From positions 1,920,001 to 1,984,000 of the forward strand of contig CBDAOB010000005.1 in the NCBI GenBank assembly GCA_965197905.1: a DNA stretch of 64,000 bases, written 5' to 3'. Source of the stretch: Candidatus Latescibacterota bacterium (GTDB lineage Bacteria > Latescibacterota > UBA2968 > UBA8231). The notes below the pieces were generated by a model, which made no database searches, was not told the origin of the DNA, and worked only from the letters and a program-made list of their open reading frames with translations. This document shows positions 10,302-19,724 of this stretch, one piece after another. Positions within the stretch are counted from its first letter, which is position 1. The number at the start of each line of letters is the position of its first letter. Made by a program: the position numbers and the translations under genes.

Positions 10302-11812
10302 GTCGCGTGAACCTCCGCCGAGTCGTTGCCAAAACCTAACTCGCGAAGGGTCGACCTGACCACCTGTCGATCGTCAAAGGCGAGAACCTGCTCACCAACG
10401 ATCTGCTCCGCCTCGTGGCCTTTTCCGGCGACAATAACCAGATCTCCCTCACCCGCCTCCGCCAGGGCCTCACGCACCGCTTCCAATCGGTCAGAGCGTC
10501 TGACCACGTCGAAGTCAGCAGCTATACCGGTGATTATCTCATCAATGATGTCGTCAGGACTTTCGGATCGCGGATTGTCCGAGGTCACGTAGACTTTGTC
10601 AGCCAAGGCCGACGCGATACGGCCCATTTGAGGCCGCTTGCCCCGGTCCCGATCACCCCCACACCCAAATACACACAAGATTCTGCCTGCGGTCAGACCG
10701 CGCCCCGCCTTCAACACTCTCTCCAACGCATCCGGCGTGTGGGCGTAGTCGACAATCACGGTAAAATCCTGACCAAGTTCGATTCGCTCGAACCGCCCCG
10801 GAATGTTGTCGACCGCCTCTATCCCCGTGCAAATCTGCTCCAGTTCCAACCCTAGCGCAACGCCAGTCGCGAGAGCCGCCATTACGTTATAGCAATTGAA
10901 GTAACCCGTCAATCGAGCATTCAGGGTAGTGTTTCCCAGAGGTGTCTCCAGCTCGATTCGCGTTCCCCGTTCGGAAAGATCAGTGTCGACGACCCGCACA
11001 TCAGCGTCGTCACCGTAACCGTATTTGACCGCAGGAACATTCAGGTCATCCAGTATGAGGCTCGCCGTGGGATCGTCCGAATTGATGGCAGCTCGGCCGT
11101 TCGCGAATTCCGGTCGATCTTGGAACAGTCGAAGTTTCGCCGCCAGATATTGCCCTTCGGTTTCATGAAAGTCGAGATGGTCGCGCGTAAAGTTAGTAAA
11201 CACCGCGACGTCGAAATGGAGGCCGGCAACGCGGTCCAAAGCCAGGGCGTGGCTTGAGACCTCCAGTACCGCGGCACGTTTACCGGCAGCGACCATCCGA
11301 TAGAGCAACTCCTGAAGCTCGGCAGATTCGGGTGTGGTGTTGCGTCCCCTTTCGATCTCCTCGTCGATCTGGTAACCGAGCGTACCGATGTAACCGCACC
11401 TCTCACCGGCGCGCTCAAGGACGCTGCGCACAATGAGCGCTGTGGTAGTTTTACCATTTGTACCGGTAATCCCCACAAGTCGCAGAGACCGATCCGGATA
11501 TCCGAAATAACGGCCCGCCAGGCGTGCCAAGGCCGATCGGCAGTTGTCGACCAGGATAAGTGGCGTGTCGCCGGTGGGAACATTACGTTCGGCAACGATC
11601 GCACTTGCGCCTCGCGCCAGCACCTGGGGGATGAACTCGTGACGGTCCGCTTCCTCACCGCCATTTATAGCTACGAAGAGATCGCCCGCTTCCACTCGAC
11701 GGGAGTCGCATTCAATCTTCCCCACATATGCTGGCGGTTCCCCGATGACTTCGGCAGCGGGCAGGACCTGAAGCAGGTCGCCGAAGGAGCACTTTTCCAG
11801 CGTCGTCACCAT
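10298..11812 (-). CDS. murE: UDP-MurNAc-dipeptide--meso-DAP ligase
   Basis: GITGTNGKTT, EVSSHAL, DYAHTPD, FGCGGDRD, DNPR (DAP specificity); start overlaps the ftsI stop (TAATG). Confidence 0.97.
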   Translation of the reverse strand: MVTTLEKCSFGDLLQVLPAAEVIGEPPAYVGKIECDSRRVEAGDLFVAINGGEEADRHEFIPQVLARGASAIVAERNVPTGDTPLILVDNCRSALARLAGRYFGYPDRSLRLVGITGTNGKTTTALIVRSVLERAGERCGYIGTLGYQIDEEIERGRNTTPESAELQELLYRMVAAGKRAAVLEVSSHALALDRVAGLHFDVAVFTNFTRDHLDFHETEGQYLAAKLRLFQDRPEFANGRAAINSDDPTASLILDDLNVPAVKYGYGDDADVRVVDTDLSERGTRIELETPLGNTTLNARLTGYFNCYNVMAALATGVALGLELEQICTGIEAVDNIPGRFERIELGQDFTVIVDYAHTPDALERVLKAGRGLTAGRILCVFGCGGDRDRGKRPQMGRIASALADKVYVTSDNPRSESPDDIIDEIITGIAADFDVVRRSDRLEAVREALAEAGEGDLVIVAGKGHEAEQIVGEQVLAFDDRQVVRSTLRELGFGNDSAEVHAT

Positions 11813-13797
11813 TATAGCCTTTTGATCGCCGATGTCCTGGTTAGGCTGTACAACAACGCGGCTTGCCGACTCGGGGTGGTGTCGTTCAACACTATTCCCG
11901 GTCCAGGCGAGCCCAGTTGGCATAGAATCGTCTTCACCGCGGTCAGCGACGTCCCCGCCGCGGGTTCTTGGCGGACGACGAGCTCTCCCTTGCCGGAAAA
12001 TATGACCGGCGTTCCCCGCAATCCAGCCTGGTATTTCGCAACGCTGCGGCGCATACCACGTAGATCCGGAGCCCTGGGGCCGCCGGTTTGGCTAACGTCA
12101 AAGTTTGCGGCGAGGTCGTGATCGTCCGATTGATAGATGATACGCTCAATTACCCTTTTGAAGACGGGAGCCGCGATCGTGCCGCCCCAACCTTCCTCAC
12201 CCGGGTTTGTCACCGCGATGAGGCAGAGAAACTGCGGATTTTCCGCTGGGGCGAAGCCGACGAAGGAAGCGACCGTGCGGTCCGGGTCGTATCCGGCGCC
12301 GTCCCCGGCCGCTTGTTGAGCCGTCCCCGTCTTGCCTGCCACCTGGACGCCCTCAATGGAAGCTCGATGGCCCGTTCCGCGGCTCACGACGGCAGACAAC
12401 ATCGCCTTGACCTTGGAGGCTGTCTTCTTCGAGATAACCCGGCGGATCCGGCGGGGCTGCATCTGTTCGACTACCGTTCCCTCAGCATCGAGGACCGATC
12501 TGAGGATCTGCGGCGACATCAGGTCACCCCCGTTCGCCACGGCGCCAAACGCCTGCGCCAGCTGCAGGGCGGTTACTCCGATCTCCTGCCCAATGGCGAT
12601 GGTCTCCAGCGAGCGCTCGGACCATTTCCCCACGTGCTGCAGGATACCGGCGCTCTCGGCCGGCAAATCGATCCCACTTCTGGTACCAAAACCGAAGTTT
12701 CTGATGAACTCGTAAAGCCTCTTGGGTTTCAATCGTCTTGCGATCTTGATAGTTCCTATGTTGCTCGAGCGCTCGATGACCTGCGCGAAGGTCAGCATGT
12801 CATACGGAGCATGATCGCGGATAATGTCGCCGTTTTCCAACTCCAGCTCCCCGCGATCGCAGAAAATCTGCTCGTCGAGCTGCCCCAGCTCATCCTCCAG
12901 AACTGCCGCCGTGGCGATGATCTTGAAAGTGGATCCAGGCTCGAACGAATCCGTTACAACCCGATTCCGCCGCATGGTCGCCCCGACACCGCCGGCATGG
13001 TTGGGGTCGTAACGCGGCACGTTCGCCATGGCGAGCACGGCGCCGGTCTCCGGTTCCGTTATGATTCCCATGGCCGATTCAGCACCCGCCTGCTCAACCG
13101 ACCTGATCAGCTCCTCTTCGAGAATGCTCTGGAATTCAGCATCGATGGTAAGGACGACTGACTGGCCTTCGCGAGGAGTCGAATGTTCGCGCAGAAGACC
13201 GGGCACCCGTTGGCCGAAAGCGTCCACGAAACAGAGGGCCAGTCCGTTTTCCTCGCTCAGGTCGCCGTTGAACGACCGTTCAACCCCCTCACTCCCCATG
13301 TTGTCGATGTCGGTGTATCCCACGAGCTGCCCGCCCAGAGGTCCGTAGGGGTAGTACCGGCGAGTCTCCCGGTTCTCGAAGACGCCCGCGAATGCTTTCT
13401 GCCGGATTCGAGACGCGGCGGAATCGTCGAGCTGGCGAGCCAGATAGACAAACCGTCGGCCGCTTCTTAGCTGATTTCTGAGATGGTCGCCATCGTAGCT
13501 GGAATAGGCGGCAAAGTGGCTGGCAACCTCTTCGGGATTTCGCAGCAGCTTGGGATCAGCATAGAATGAGACCGAGTTGACATCGACGGCGAGCTCCCGT
13601 CCATTCCGGTCGTATATGGCGCCACGATTTGCCTTCAAATCGATCGTCCGCTGGTGCTGCTCCTTCGCCCGCGACGCAAACTGGGAATACTGCAACGCCT
13701 GAACCTGCACCAGGCGGCCCGCGAGCACCAACCACAGGACCCCGCCAATCCACATCAGGGTATCCAAACGGCGGTGATTTTTTTCGCCTTGCGGCAT
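11812..13797 (-). CDS. ftsI: class B penicillin-binding protein (PBP3) with C-terminal PASTA-like domain
   Basis: RGAIYDRNG, EPGSTFK (SxxK), SSN, KTGTAQ. Confidence 0.96.
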   Translation of the reverse strand: MPQGEKNHRRLDTLMWIGGVLWLVLAGRLVQVQALQYSQFASRAKEQHQRTIDLKANRGAIYDRNGRELAVDVNSVSFYADPKLLRNPEEVASHFAAYSSYDGDHLRNQLRSGRRFVYLARQLDDSAASRIRQKAFAGVFENRETRRYYPYGPLGGQLVGYTDIDNMGSEGVERSFNGDLSEENGLALCFVDAFGQRVPGLLREHSTPREGQSVVLTIDAEFQSILEEELIRSVEQAGAESAMGIITEPETGAVLAMANVPRYDPNHAGGVGATMRRNRVVTDSFEPGSTFKIIATAAVLEDELGQLDEQIFCDRGELELENGDIIRDHAPYDMLTFAQVIERSSNIGTIKIARRLKPKRLYEFIRNFGFGTRSGIDLPAESAGILQHVGKWSERSLETIAIGQEIGVTALQLAQAFGAVANGGDLMSPQILRSVLDAEGTVVEQMQPRRIRRVISKKTASKVKAMLSAVVSRGTGHRASIEGVQVAGKTGTAQQAAGDGAGYDPDRTVASFVGFAPAENPQFLCLIAVTNPGEEGWGGTIAAPVFKRVIERIIYQSDDHDLAANFDVSQTGGPRAPDLRGMRRSVAKYQAGLRGTPVIFSGKGELVVRQEPAAGTSLTAVKTILCQLGSPGPGIVLNDTTPSRQAALLYSLTRTSAIKRL

Positions 13798-14108
13798 TAT
13801 CTGCGATTCTGTGGTTCAGATGGGTGGTAAAACGCGACGATCAGGTGCGCCAACCGACCTTTCGGGAGGCTCATTCCGAGCTGGCCCTTGGCGATACGCT
13901 TGACGACTCCCTCTTTCTTCTTTTGCACCACGGTAGCCGTGAGCCGCGAACGCTCCCGCTCGAGGTCGGTGACCAATTGGTGCAATTCTCTGAGCTTTCC
14001 CGTTCGCTGATTGATCTCCACTTTTTGCCAAAGGTAGAGCGTAGTCATTGTAGCAGCGCACACGACCAAGGCAATGAACTTCAAGTAGGCGGCTCTGGTT
14101 ACAAGCAT
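13797..14108 (-). CDS. ftsL: cell division protein FtsL
   Basis: Short TM plus coiled coil, IAKGQLGM, between rsmH and ftsI. Confidence 0.75.
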   Translation of the reverse strand: MLVTRAAYLKFIALVVCAATMTTLYLWQKVEINQRTGKLRELHQLVTDLERERSRLTATVVQKKKEGVVKRIAKGQLGMSLPKGRLAHLIVAFYHPSEPQNRR

Positions 14109-14139
14109 CGCATTCTTCTAGGTCCGCTAGCAGGCAGCG

Positions 14140-15063
14140 TCAAACGCGCTCGAAAACGCGCATGATAGCGCTGCGAGCTCGCGGATTTCGTTGGATTTCC
14201 TCGGACTGCGGGCGGCAACGGAGAATCTTCGAAAACTCCGGTTTTTGACCGCACACGCAGACGGGCAGCCGCGGCGGACAAATACAGCCTTTGACCAGGG
14301 GTTGGAAAAACGACTTGACCAGACGGTCTTCGAGGGAATGGTAGGCGATGACGGCGACCCTCCCTCTTGTTGCCAGCAGCTGGGTTGACGCAGACAGGCC
14401 AAGCTCCAGTTCCTGCAGTTCCTCGTTGACCCATATGCGAAACGCCTGGAAAACCCGAGCAACGGTCTTCGTCGGCATTTTGGGTGAGGTAGCTTCCACC
14501 GCCTGACGGAGATCTGAGGTTGTTCTGACGGGACTCTTTCTGCCGTGCGCGCATATCGATCTGGCTATCTTCTTCGCCCCTCGTTCCTCTCCAAACTCCT
14601 TTATGATAGCTGCCAATCTCAACTCGGAAGCGCCTGCTATCAGCTCTGCGGCCGTTTGGCCGGAACCCGGATTCATACGCATGTCCAGCGGCCCGTCCGT
14701 TTGGTAGCTGAAACCGCGGTGAGCCGTGTCGATTTGATAGGAAGACATGCCCAGGTCGAACAGTATTCCGTCCAGTTGCGGCCATTCTCCCTCTGTGGCC
14801 AATTGCACCAGATGCGAAAACCTTTCGGAAAAGGTTCTGATGCGATCGGAATCGGCGGTTGCCGCCGCGGTCTGGGACACCGCCTCGTTGTCCCGGTCCA
14901 CGGCGTACAACCTGCCCGCGGGAGCAAGTGCTCCCAAAATCGCGCTGCAATGTCCCCCTCCTCCCGAGGTGGCATCCAAGTAGGCTCCCGAGCTGGTTGT
15001 TACCAGCCAATCCACAACCTCTTCTGCAAGTACAGGAACGTGATAGGCCACGGTCTCGCTCAA
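14140..15063 (-). CDS. rsmH: 16S rRNA m4C1402 methyltransferase
   Basis: HVPVL, DATSGGGGH, DLGMSS, GPLDMRM, HSLEDR, NPRARSA. Confidence 0.98.
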   Translation of the reverse strand: MSETVAYHVPVLAEEVVDWLVTTSSGAYLDATSGGGGHCSAILGALAPAGRLYAVDRDNEAVSQTAAATADSDRIRTFSERFSHLVQLATEGEWPQLDGILFDLGMSSYQIDTAHRGFSYQTDGPLDMRMNPGSGQTAAELIAGASELRLAAIIKEFGEERGAKKIARSICAHGRKSPVRTTSDLRQAVEATSPKMPTKTVARVFQAFRIWVNEELQELELGLSASTQLLATRGRVAVIAYHSLEDRLVKSFFQPLVKGCICPPRLPVCVCGQKPEFSKILRCRPQSEEIQRNPRARSAIMRVFERV

Positions 15064-15500
15064 AGCGCCAGTTGTTCCGCGACCTCCTCCAGCGCCGGGT
15101 CAGCCTCTTCCATGAATTGAACCCATTCCGCAGGGTTCCAGAATTCGAGCTTGTCCAGAGCTCCTATTACGATCATGCGGTCACTAATGCCTACCCTCTC
15201 CAACAGCTTCCTCGGGATGTTGGCGCGCCCCTGCCGATCCAGCCGGGCTTCCGCGGCCTGAGAAAGCACGCCACGAACGAAAAGGCGAACCTTGCGGTCG
15301 GTCTGGGGAAGCTCCAGCATCTTCCGGGCGGTCGATTCCCACGTGCTCTGAGGATAGGCGGAAAGGCAACGGTCGTAACCGCGCACGACCACCAGGGTGT
15401 CACCCGCTTCACTTGGGAGTTTGCGGCGGAACTCCGCTGGGACAAAAATCCTCCCTTTTTCATCCACGGGAACTTCGTGCTCACCCAGAAACTGGGTCAT
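15060..15500 (-). CDS. mraZ: transcriptional regulator MraZ
   Basis: FLGEH..VDEKGR and LDRQGR DxxxR motifs; first gene of the dcw cluster. Confidence 0.96.
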   Translation of the reverse strand: MTQFLGEHEVPVDEKGRIFVPAEFRRKLPSEAGDTLVVVRGYDRCLSAYPQSTWESTARKMLELPQTDRKVRLFVRGVLSQAAEARLDRQGRANIPRKLLERVGISDRMIVIGALDKLEFWNPAEWVQFMEEADPALEEVAEQLAL

Positions 15501-15515
15501 CTTGCGACGTTACCC

Positions 15516-15569
15516 CCACTATTTTCCATTTTCATCCATCAAACGCCATTTTACACCATTTTCCACCAC
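15516..15569 (-). promoter_or_regulatory. array of six MraZ-binding-type repeats (RTGG, 10-bp period)
   Basis: Plus strand has CCAC/CCAT at 15516, 15526, 15536, 15546, 15556 and 15566, between the promoter and the mraZ start. Confidence 0.85.
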
Positions 15570-15576
15570 AATCATT

Positions 15577-15606
15577 ATAATAGATTTTTCTGTGGCTACT
15601 TGTCAA
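15577..15606 (-). promoter_or_regulatory. sigma70 promoter of the dcw cluster
   Basis: TTGACA-N18-TATTAT, with an overlapping TATAAT. Confidence 0.75.
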
Positions 15607-15690
15607 GAAAAAACTCGACGGAGAGAATTTTCGGCCGAGAAAACTGCTCATTTGCATAGATGTTCTGGCGCCGGAATCAACGGAGGTGGG

Positions 15691-16296
15691 TTACCTGCTT
15701 GATTTCGCGAACACCCGTCTGTGAATCGGTTTGCCCAGGGCGAGGTATTTGGTCTCGTAGTTCGTGGCTATCTCTGGCCAGAGGTCATGGACCTCCGCCA
15801 AGTCTTTCGAGGCCTCGGTGGCGGCAATCATGACCTCGAAATATTCGAGATGATCTGTCGCCAGCCACAGCTTTCCATCTTCTGCAAGGGTTCGCTCCAC
15901 TTCAGCCACAAATGGAGGGTCCAGGAGCCGCCGTTTGTGGTGTCGTTTCTTGGGCCACGGATCGGGGAAATAGATGTGGTAGGCGGCGATGGATGATGCG
16001 GGGACGAAGAATTCGACGAACTCCTTCGCGTCGGTGCACACGAAACGAACGTTGCCCAATCCGCGCTTCAGGCTGCGATCCCGGGCGATCCGCAGATATT
16101 TGGAAGCCCATTCAATGCCTAAAAAATTCACCGCGGGGAATCTCTGCGCCGACTCTATCAGGAATCGTCCCTTGCCTATTCCGATTTCGACCTGCACGGG
16201 ATTCCCGTTGCCGAACACCTGGTCCCAACTCAGAAAGGTTTCCAGGTCTTCGGAGTCATCTAGCTGTAAGAGAAGATCGTCAGGGTGGATTGCCAT
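15691..16296 (-). CDS. trmB: tRNA (guanine-N7)-methyltransferase
   Basis: VEIGIGKG, FPDPWPKKRHHKRRL, ATD, TNYETK. Confidence 0.96.
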   Translation of the reverse strand: MAIHPDDLLLQLDDSEDLETFLSWDQVFGNGNPVQVEIGIGKGRFLIESAQRFPAVNFLGIEWASKYLRIARDRSLKRGLGNVRFVCTDAKEFVEFFVPASSIAAYHIYFPDPWPKKRHHKRRLLDPPFVAEVERTLAEDGKLWLATDHLEYFEVMIAATEASKDLAEVHDLWPEIATNYETKYLALGKPIHRRVFAKSSR

Positions 16297-16301
16297 GAAA
16301 C

Positions 16302-16336
16302 AAAAAACGGACGCCGACCTTATGGATCAGCGTCCG
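16302..16336 (-). terminator. intrinsic terminator after moeB
   Basis: CGGACGCTGAT-loop-GGTCGGCGTCCG followed by TTTTTT on the minus strand. Confidence 0.7.
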
Positions 16337-16359
16337 CACTCGTCAATAGATGCTCAGCC

Positions 16360-17550
16360 TCAGCCGGCGGCTTCGCTCTCGATGGAAGGCAGACCGCAAA
16401 ATTGCTCGTAATCGATCAGCTCGGTAATGGTGGGAACTTCCCCACACACGGGGCATTCCGGATTGCGTCGCAACTTCAACGTGCGAAACTTCATTTCCAG
16501 GGCGTCGTACAGCACCATGCGACCGATCAGCGGTTCGCCAATGCCGGCGAGCAACTTCACCACCTCGGTCGCCTGGAGAACGCCAACCATCCCAGGCAGC
16601 ACGCCAAGCACTCCGCCTTCAGCGCAACTCGGAACCTCGCCGGGAGGCGGCGGCTCGGGATAAAGGCACCGATAGCAAGGACCCTCGCCAGGAAGGTAGA
16701 CCGTGGACTGCCCCTCAAAGCGGAATATACTCCCGTCCACCACCGGTTTTCCAGCGAGAACGGCGGCATCGTTGACCAGATACCGGGTCGGGAAGTTGTC
16801 ACAACCGTTCACTATGATGTCGTAGTCCGCAATCAGATCCATCGCGTTGTGCGAGGTCAGCAACTCAAAATGCGTGCGTACGGAAATCCCGGAATTCATC
16901 GCCTCGAGCTTCTCTTTCGCCGCTTCGACCTTCGGCCGCCCCACATCTGCCTCCGAAAAGAGCACCTGCCGCTGCAGATTCGACTTGTCTACCACGTCGG
17001 CATCCACCAGACCGATCTCGCCTACGCCCGCCGCAGCCAGGTAGAGGGCAGCGGGACAACCTAGCCCTCCAGAGCCTACAAGCAACACCTTGCCTTTCAA
17101 CAGCTTCTGCTGTCCTGCCTCACCCACTTCAGGAAGTATTAGATGGCGGGAATATCGGCGCATGTCATCTTCCGAAAGGAGCCCATCCTGTTCGATGGGA
17201 AACCCCGCATCCTTCCAGGCCTTGAAGCCGCCCGTCATGGAGCTCACCCGGGTATACCCCATCTCCATCAAATCCCGCGCAGCCAGGGCGGATCGGTTGC
17301 CGCCGGCACAATAAAGCACGATCGGCGCGTCCCGATCTATCGTGACGTCATCTTCAATATTGAGCTCCAGGAAACCACGGGGAATCAGCTCGGCCGCGGG
17401 AATGTAGCCGTCCAGGACCTCGTCTCTTTCCCTCACGTCGATGAGATGCAGGCGGTCTCCAGCATGTATTTCCCGGTTAACCTGGTCGGCTGAGACCTCC
17501 GCGATCTCCTGTTTGACCTTGTCGAGCAACTGGCTTGATGTTAAACGCAT
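16360..17550 (-). CDS. moeB: rhodanese-MoeB/ThiF fusion (sulfur-carrier adenylyltransferase/sulfurtransferase)
   Basis: N-terminal rhodanese (IDVRE, YCAGGNRS); RYSRH, GSGGLG, SNLQRQ, CYRC and CPVC Zn sites. Confidence 0.92.
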   Translation of the reverse strand: MRLTSSQLLDKVKQEIAEVSADQVNREIHAGDRLHLIDVRERDEVLDGYIPAAELIPRGFLELNIEDDVTIDRDAPIVLYCAGGNRSALAARDLMEMGYTRVSSMTGGFKAWKDAGFPIEQDGLLSEDDMRRYSRHLILPEVGEAGQQKLLKGKVLLVGSGGLGCPAALYLAAAGVGEIGLVDADVVDKSNLQRQVLFSEADVGRPKVEAAKEKLEAMNSGISVRTHFELLTSHNAMDLIADYDIIVNGCDNFPTRYLVNDAAVLAGKPVVDGSIFRFEGQSTVYLPGEGPCYRCLYPEPPPPGEVPSCAEGGVLGVLPGMVGVLQATEVVKLLAGIGEPLIGRMVLYDALEMKFRTLKLRRNPECPVCGEVPTITELIDYEQFCGLPSIESEAAG

Positions 17551-17571
17551 CAAAATCCTCCTGGAACCTTT

Positions 17572-18780
17572 CTAAGTCAGCGACCCTACGGTTTCGTGGG
17601 GCAATTCCCTTGTGGACAGGGAGCCGACCTCACGTATCCGATCTACTCTTCGGGCGATACAGCTTGCGGCAAAATCGATCTCGTCTTGCGTGTTGAAGCG
17701 ACCGATGCCGATACGCAACGAAGCGGTCGCGGCTTTGTCCGACCTACCCATAGCCTTGAGGACGTGGGAGGGTTCGTTCCCTCCTGAACTGCATGCCGCC
17801 GCAGACGCCACGGCCACCTCCTGCATGGCGGGAATCAGTTCGGAACTATCCACGCCGTCGATCTCGAGATTGACGCAACCTGGAATACAACTAGTTGGAT
17901 GCCCGTTCAGTCGAATGGATTCGACCCGCTCTCCGAGCTCCTTGAGCAGTCGCTGTCGCAGCTGTTCCACCATTCGGGTTGCGGCGTCGCGCTCCGCGTG
18001 CAGCAGGCGCGCGGCTTCTCCCAATCCGACGATTCCTGGAACGTTCAACGTTCCCGCTCTGAGCCCGCGCTCGTGACCACCCCCCACCATCTGGGGAACC
18101 AACCTCACCCGGGGATCGCGCGAACGGATGTAGAGGGCTCCGACGCCTTTGGGTCCGTATATCTTGTGAGCAGAGAAGGAGAGCAGATCGGCACCGACAG
18201 CGACGGCCGAAATCGGGATCTTGCCGACGGCTTGGGCGGCATCGCAGTGCCAGATAACGCCGCGTCGTTTCGCCAGAGCACCGATCTCTTCAAATTGCTG
18301 CACGGTCCCCGTCTCGTTATTTGCCGCCATGATCGAAATGAGAATGGGCTGCGTTTCAATCTCTTCGGCCAGGCGATCCAAGTCGACGATGCCGGTTGCG
18401 TCCACGGGCAGGTATACGACCTCGTACCCAGACATCTCCAGCTGGCGCAGACAGTTCAGTACCGAGACATGTTCGGTTTTACAGGAGACGATCTTATTGC
18501 CACGGGGCCGTAGCTGCTCCGCCGCGCCCTTCAGGGCCAGGTTGTTGGACTCGGTGGTGCCGCTGGTAAATACGATTTCCCGCGGGCTGGACGCCCCCAC
18601 GAACTCGGCCACGGCGCTCCGCGCTGCCTCGACCGCCTCTGCCGCTTTGCAGCCGAAGGGGTGTAGCTTGCTTGCGGGATTGCCGAAATGTTCGGTGTAA
18701 AAGGGAAGCATGGCCTCCAAAACCCGTGGATCCATCGGGGTTGTGGCCATGTTGTCCAGGTATACTGGCGAACGTGCCAT
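17572..18780 (-). CDS. iscS: cysteine desulfurase (IscS/NifS type)
   Basis: YLDNMATTP, FGNPAS, FTSGTTESNN, SAHK PLP lysine, SAAACSS catalytic Cys. Confidence 0.93.
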   Translation of the reverse strand: MARSPVYLDNMATTPMDPRVLEAMLPFYTEHFGNPASKLHPFGCKAAEAVEAARSAVAEFVGASSPREIVFTSGTTESNNLALKGAAEQLRPRGNKIVSCKTEHVSVLNCLRQLEMSGYEVVYLPVDATGIVDLDRLAEEIETQPILISIMAANNETGTVQQFEEIGALAKRRGVIWHCDAAQAVGKIPISAVAVGADLLSFSAHKIYGPKGVGALYIRSRDPRVRLVPQMVGGGHERGLRAGTLNVPGIVGLGEAARLLHAERDAATRMVEQLRQRLLKELGERVESIRLNGHPTSCIPGCVNLEIDGVDSSELIPAMQEVAVASAAACSSGGNEPSHVLKAMGRSDKAATASLRIGIGRFNTQDEIDFAASCIARRVDRIREVGSLSTRELPHETVGSLT

Positions 18781-18788
18781 CGTTGGAG

Positions 18789-19112
18789 TCAGACGCCGAA
18801 CGACTCCCCGCAACCGCATGTGGTGCGCGCGTTGGGATTCTCGATCTTGAATCCGGCGCCCATCAGCCCGTCGTTGTAGTCCAGGATTACGCCGTTCAGA
18901 TAAAGACAGCTCTTGGGATCGACAAACACCCTGACCCCTTGAGTTTCGATCGTTTGGTCCATCTCAGCGGGTGATTCCTCGAATTCGAGTTTGTACTGGA
19001 ATCCCGAGCAACCGCCACCTACGACAGCGACCCGAAGCCCGTATTCCGGCTGTCCCTGATCGTCGAGCATCGTTTTGATCTTGTTTGCCGCTGAATCCGT
19101 TACGTTGATCAT
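18789..19112 (-). CDS. A-type Fe-S carrier (HesB/IscA/ErpA family)
   Basis: GGGCSGFQY and NPNARTTCGCGESF. Confidence 0.95.
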   Translation of the reverse strand: MINVTDSAANKIKTMLDDQGQPEYGLRVAVVGGGCSGFQYKLEFEESPAEMDQTIETQGVRVFVDPKSCLYLNGVILDYNDGLMGAGFKIENPNARTTCGCGESFGV

Positions 19113-19133
19113 CGTCTGCTACCTCTTGTATGG

Positions 19134-19604
19134 TCAAACCTGGTATATTGAACACTCAATCAGATCGGGAATCGACTCGTGCCCTTGATAGATCTCGCAG
19201 TTGTGACAGTCCCTTGCGAATACATCGACCGAACAACAAAGGCACTCCCCTAGCACCTCGATCGCCTGAGCATTGCGTTCCTTCATATCAGCGTAGTACT
19301 CGAGTTTGTGGTCGATCTCGTTCTGCTGCTCGCGAATGTGGTTGATCAACTCGCCCGCAAGCATTCCGCCCGTCTTGCAATCCGCCTTGATGGTGAACAG
19401 CTCTCGTATCCGCTCAAGATCGAACCCGAGCATCTTGAGTCCCTGAACGATGTTCAGACGCCGGAGTTGATTCTCGGAGTACAATCTGAAACCACCGGCA
19501 GTGCGTTCGTCGGGAGCAATAATTCCGACCTCTTCATAGTATCGGATCGTTCGCGGCGTTACACCAGCACGGGAAGCGAGATCTCCAATCTGCATCATCG
19601 ACAT
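19134..19604 (-). CDS. MerR-family transcriptional regulator with Cys-rich C-terminus
   Basis: IGDLASRAGVTPRTIRYYEEVGII..RTAGGFRLY HTH; tail ECLCC-x8-CHNC...EC. Confidence 0.9.
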   Translation of the reverse strand: MSMMQIGDLASRAGVTPRTIRYYEEVGIIAPDERTAGGFRLYSENQLRRLNIVQGLKMLGFDLERIRELFTIKADCKTGGMLAGELINHIREQQNEIDHKLEYYADMKERNAQAIEVLGECLCCSVDVFARDCHNCEIYQGHESIPDLIECSIYQV

Positions 19605-19648
19605 TGCGGCGAATCTTTAATAAACAACAACATAGAGGACATTTGGAG

Positions 19649-19677
19649 AATATACTGAGCCCCAGAGGGCGTGTCAA
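19649..19677 (-). promoter_or_regulatory. sigma70 promoter of merR-iscA-iscS-moeB
   Basis: TTGACA-N17-TATATT. Confidence 0.7.
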
Positions 19678-19724
19678 CGAATGGGAAATCGATGAGACGA
19701 GCCAAACCCCACGGACAGTTGGGC

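Noticed and set aside
15516..15569. CRISPR-like or tandem repeat array
   Set aside because: A 4-bp motif at 10-bp spacing upstream of mraZ is explained as an operator; no cas genes.
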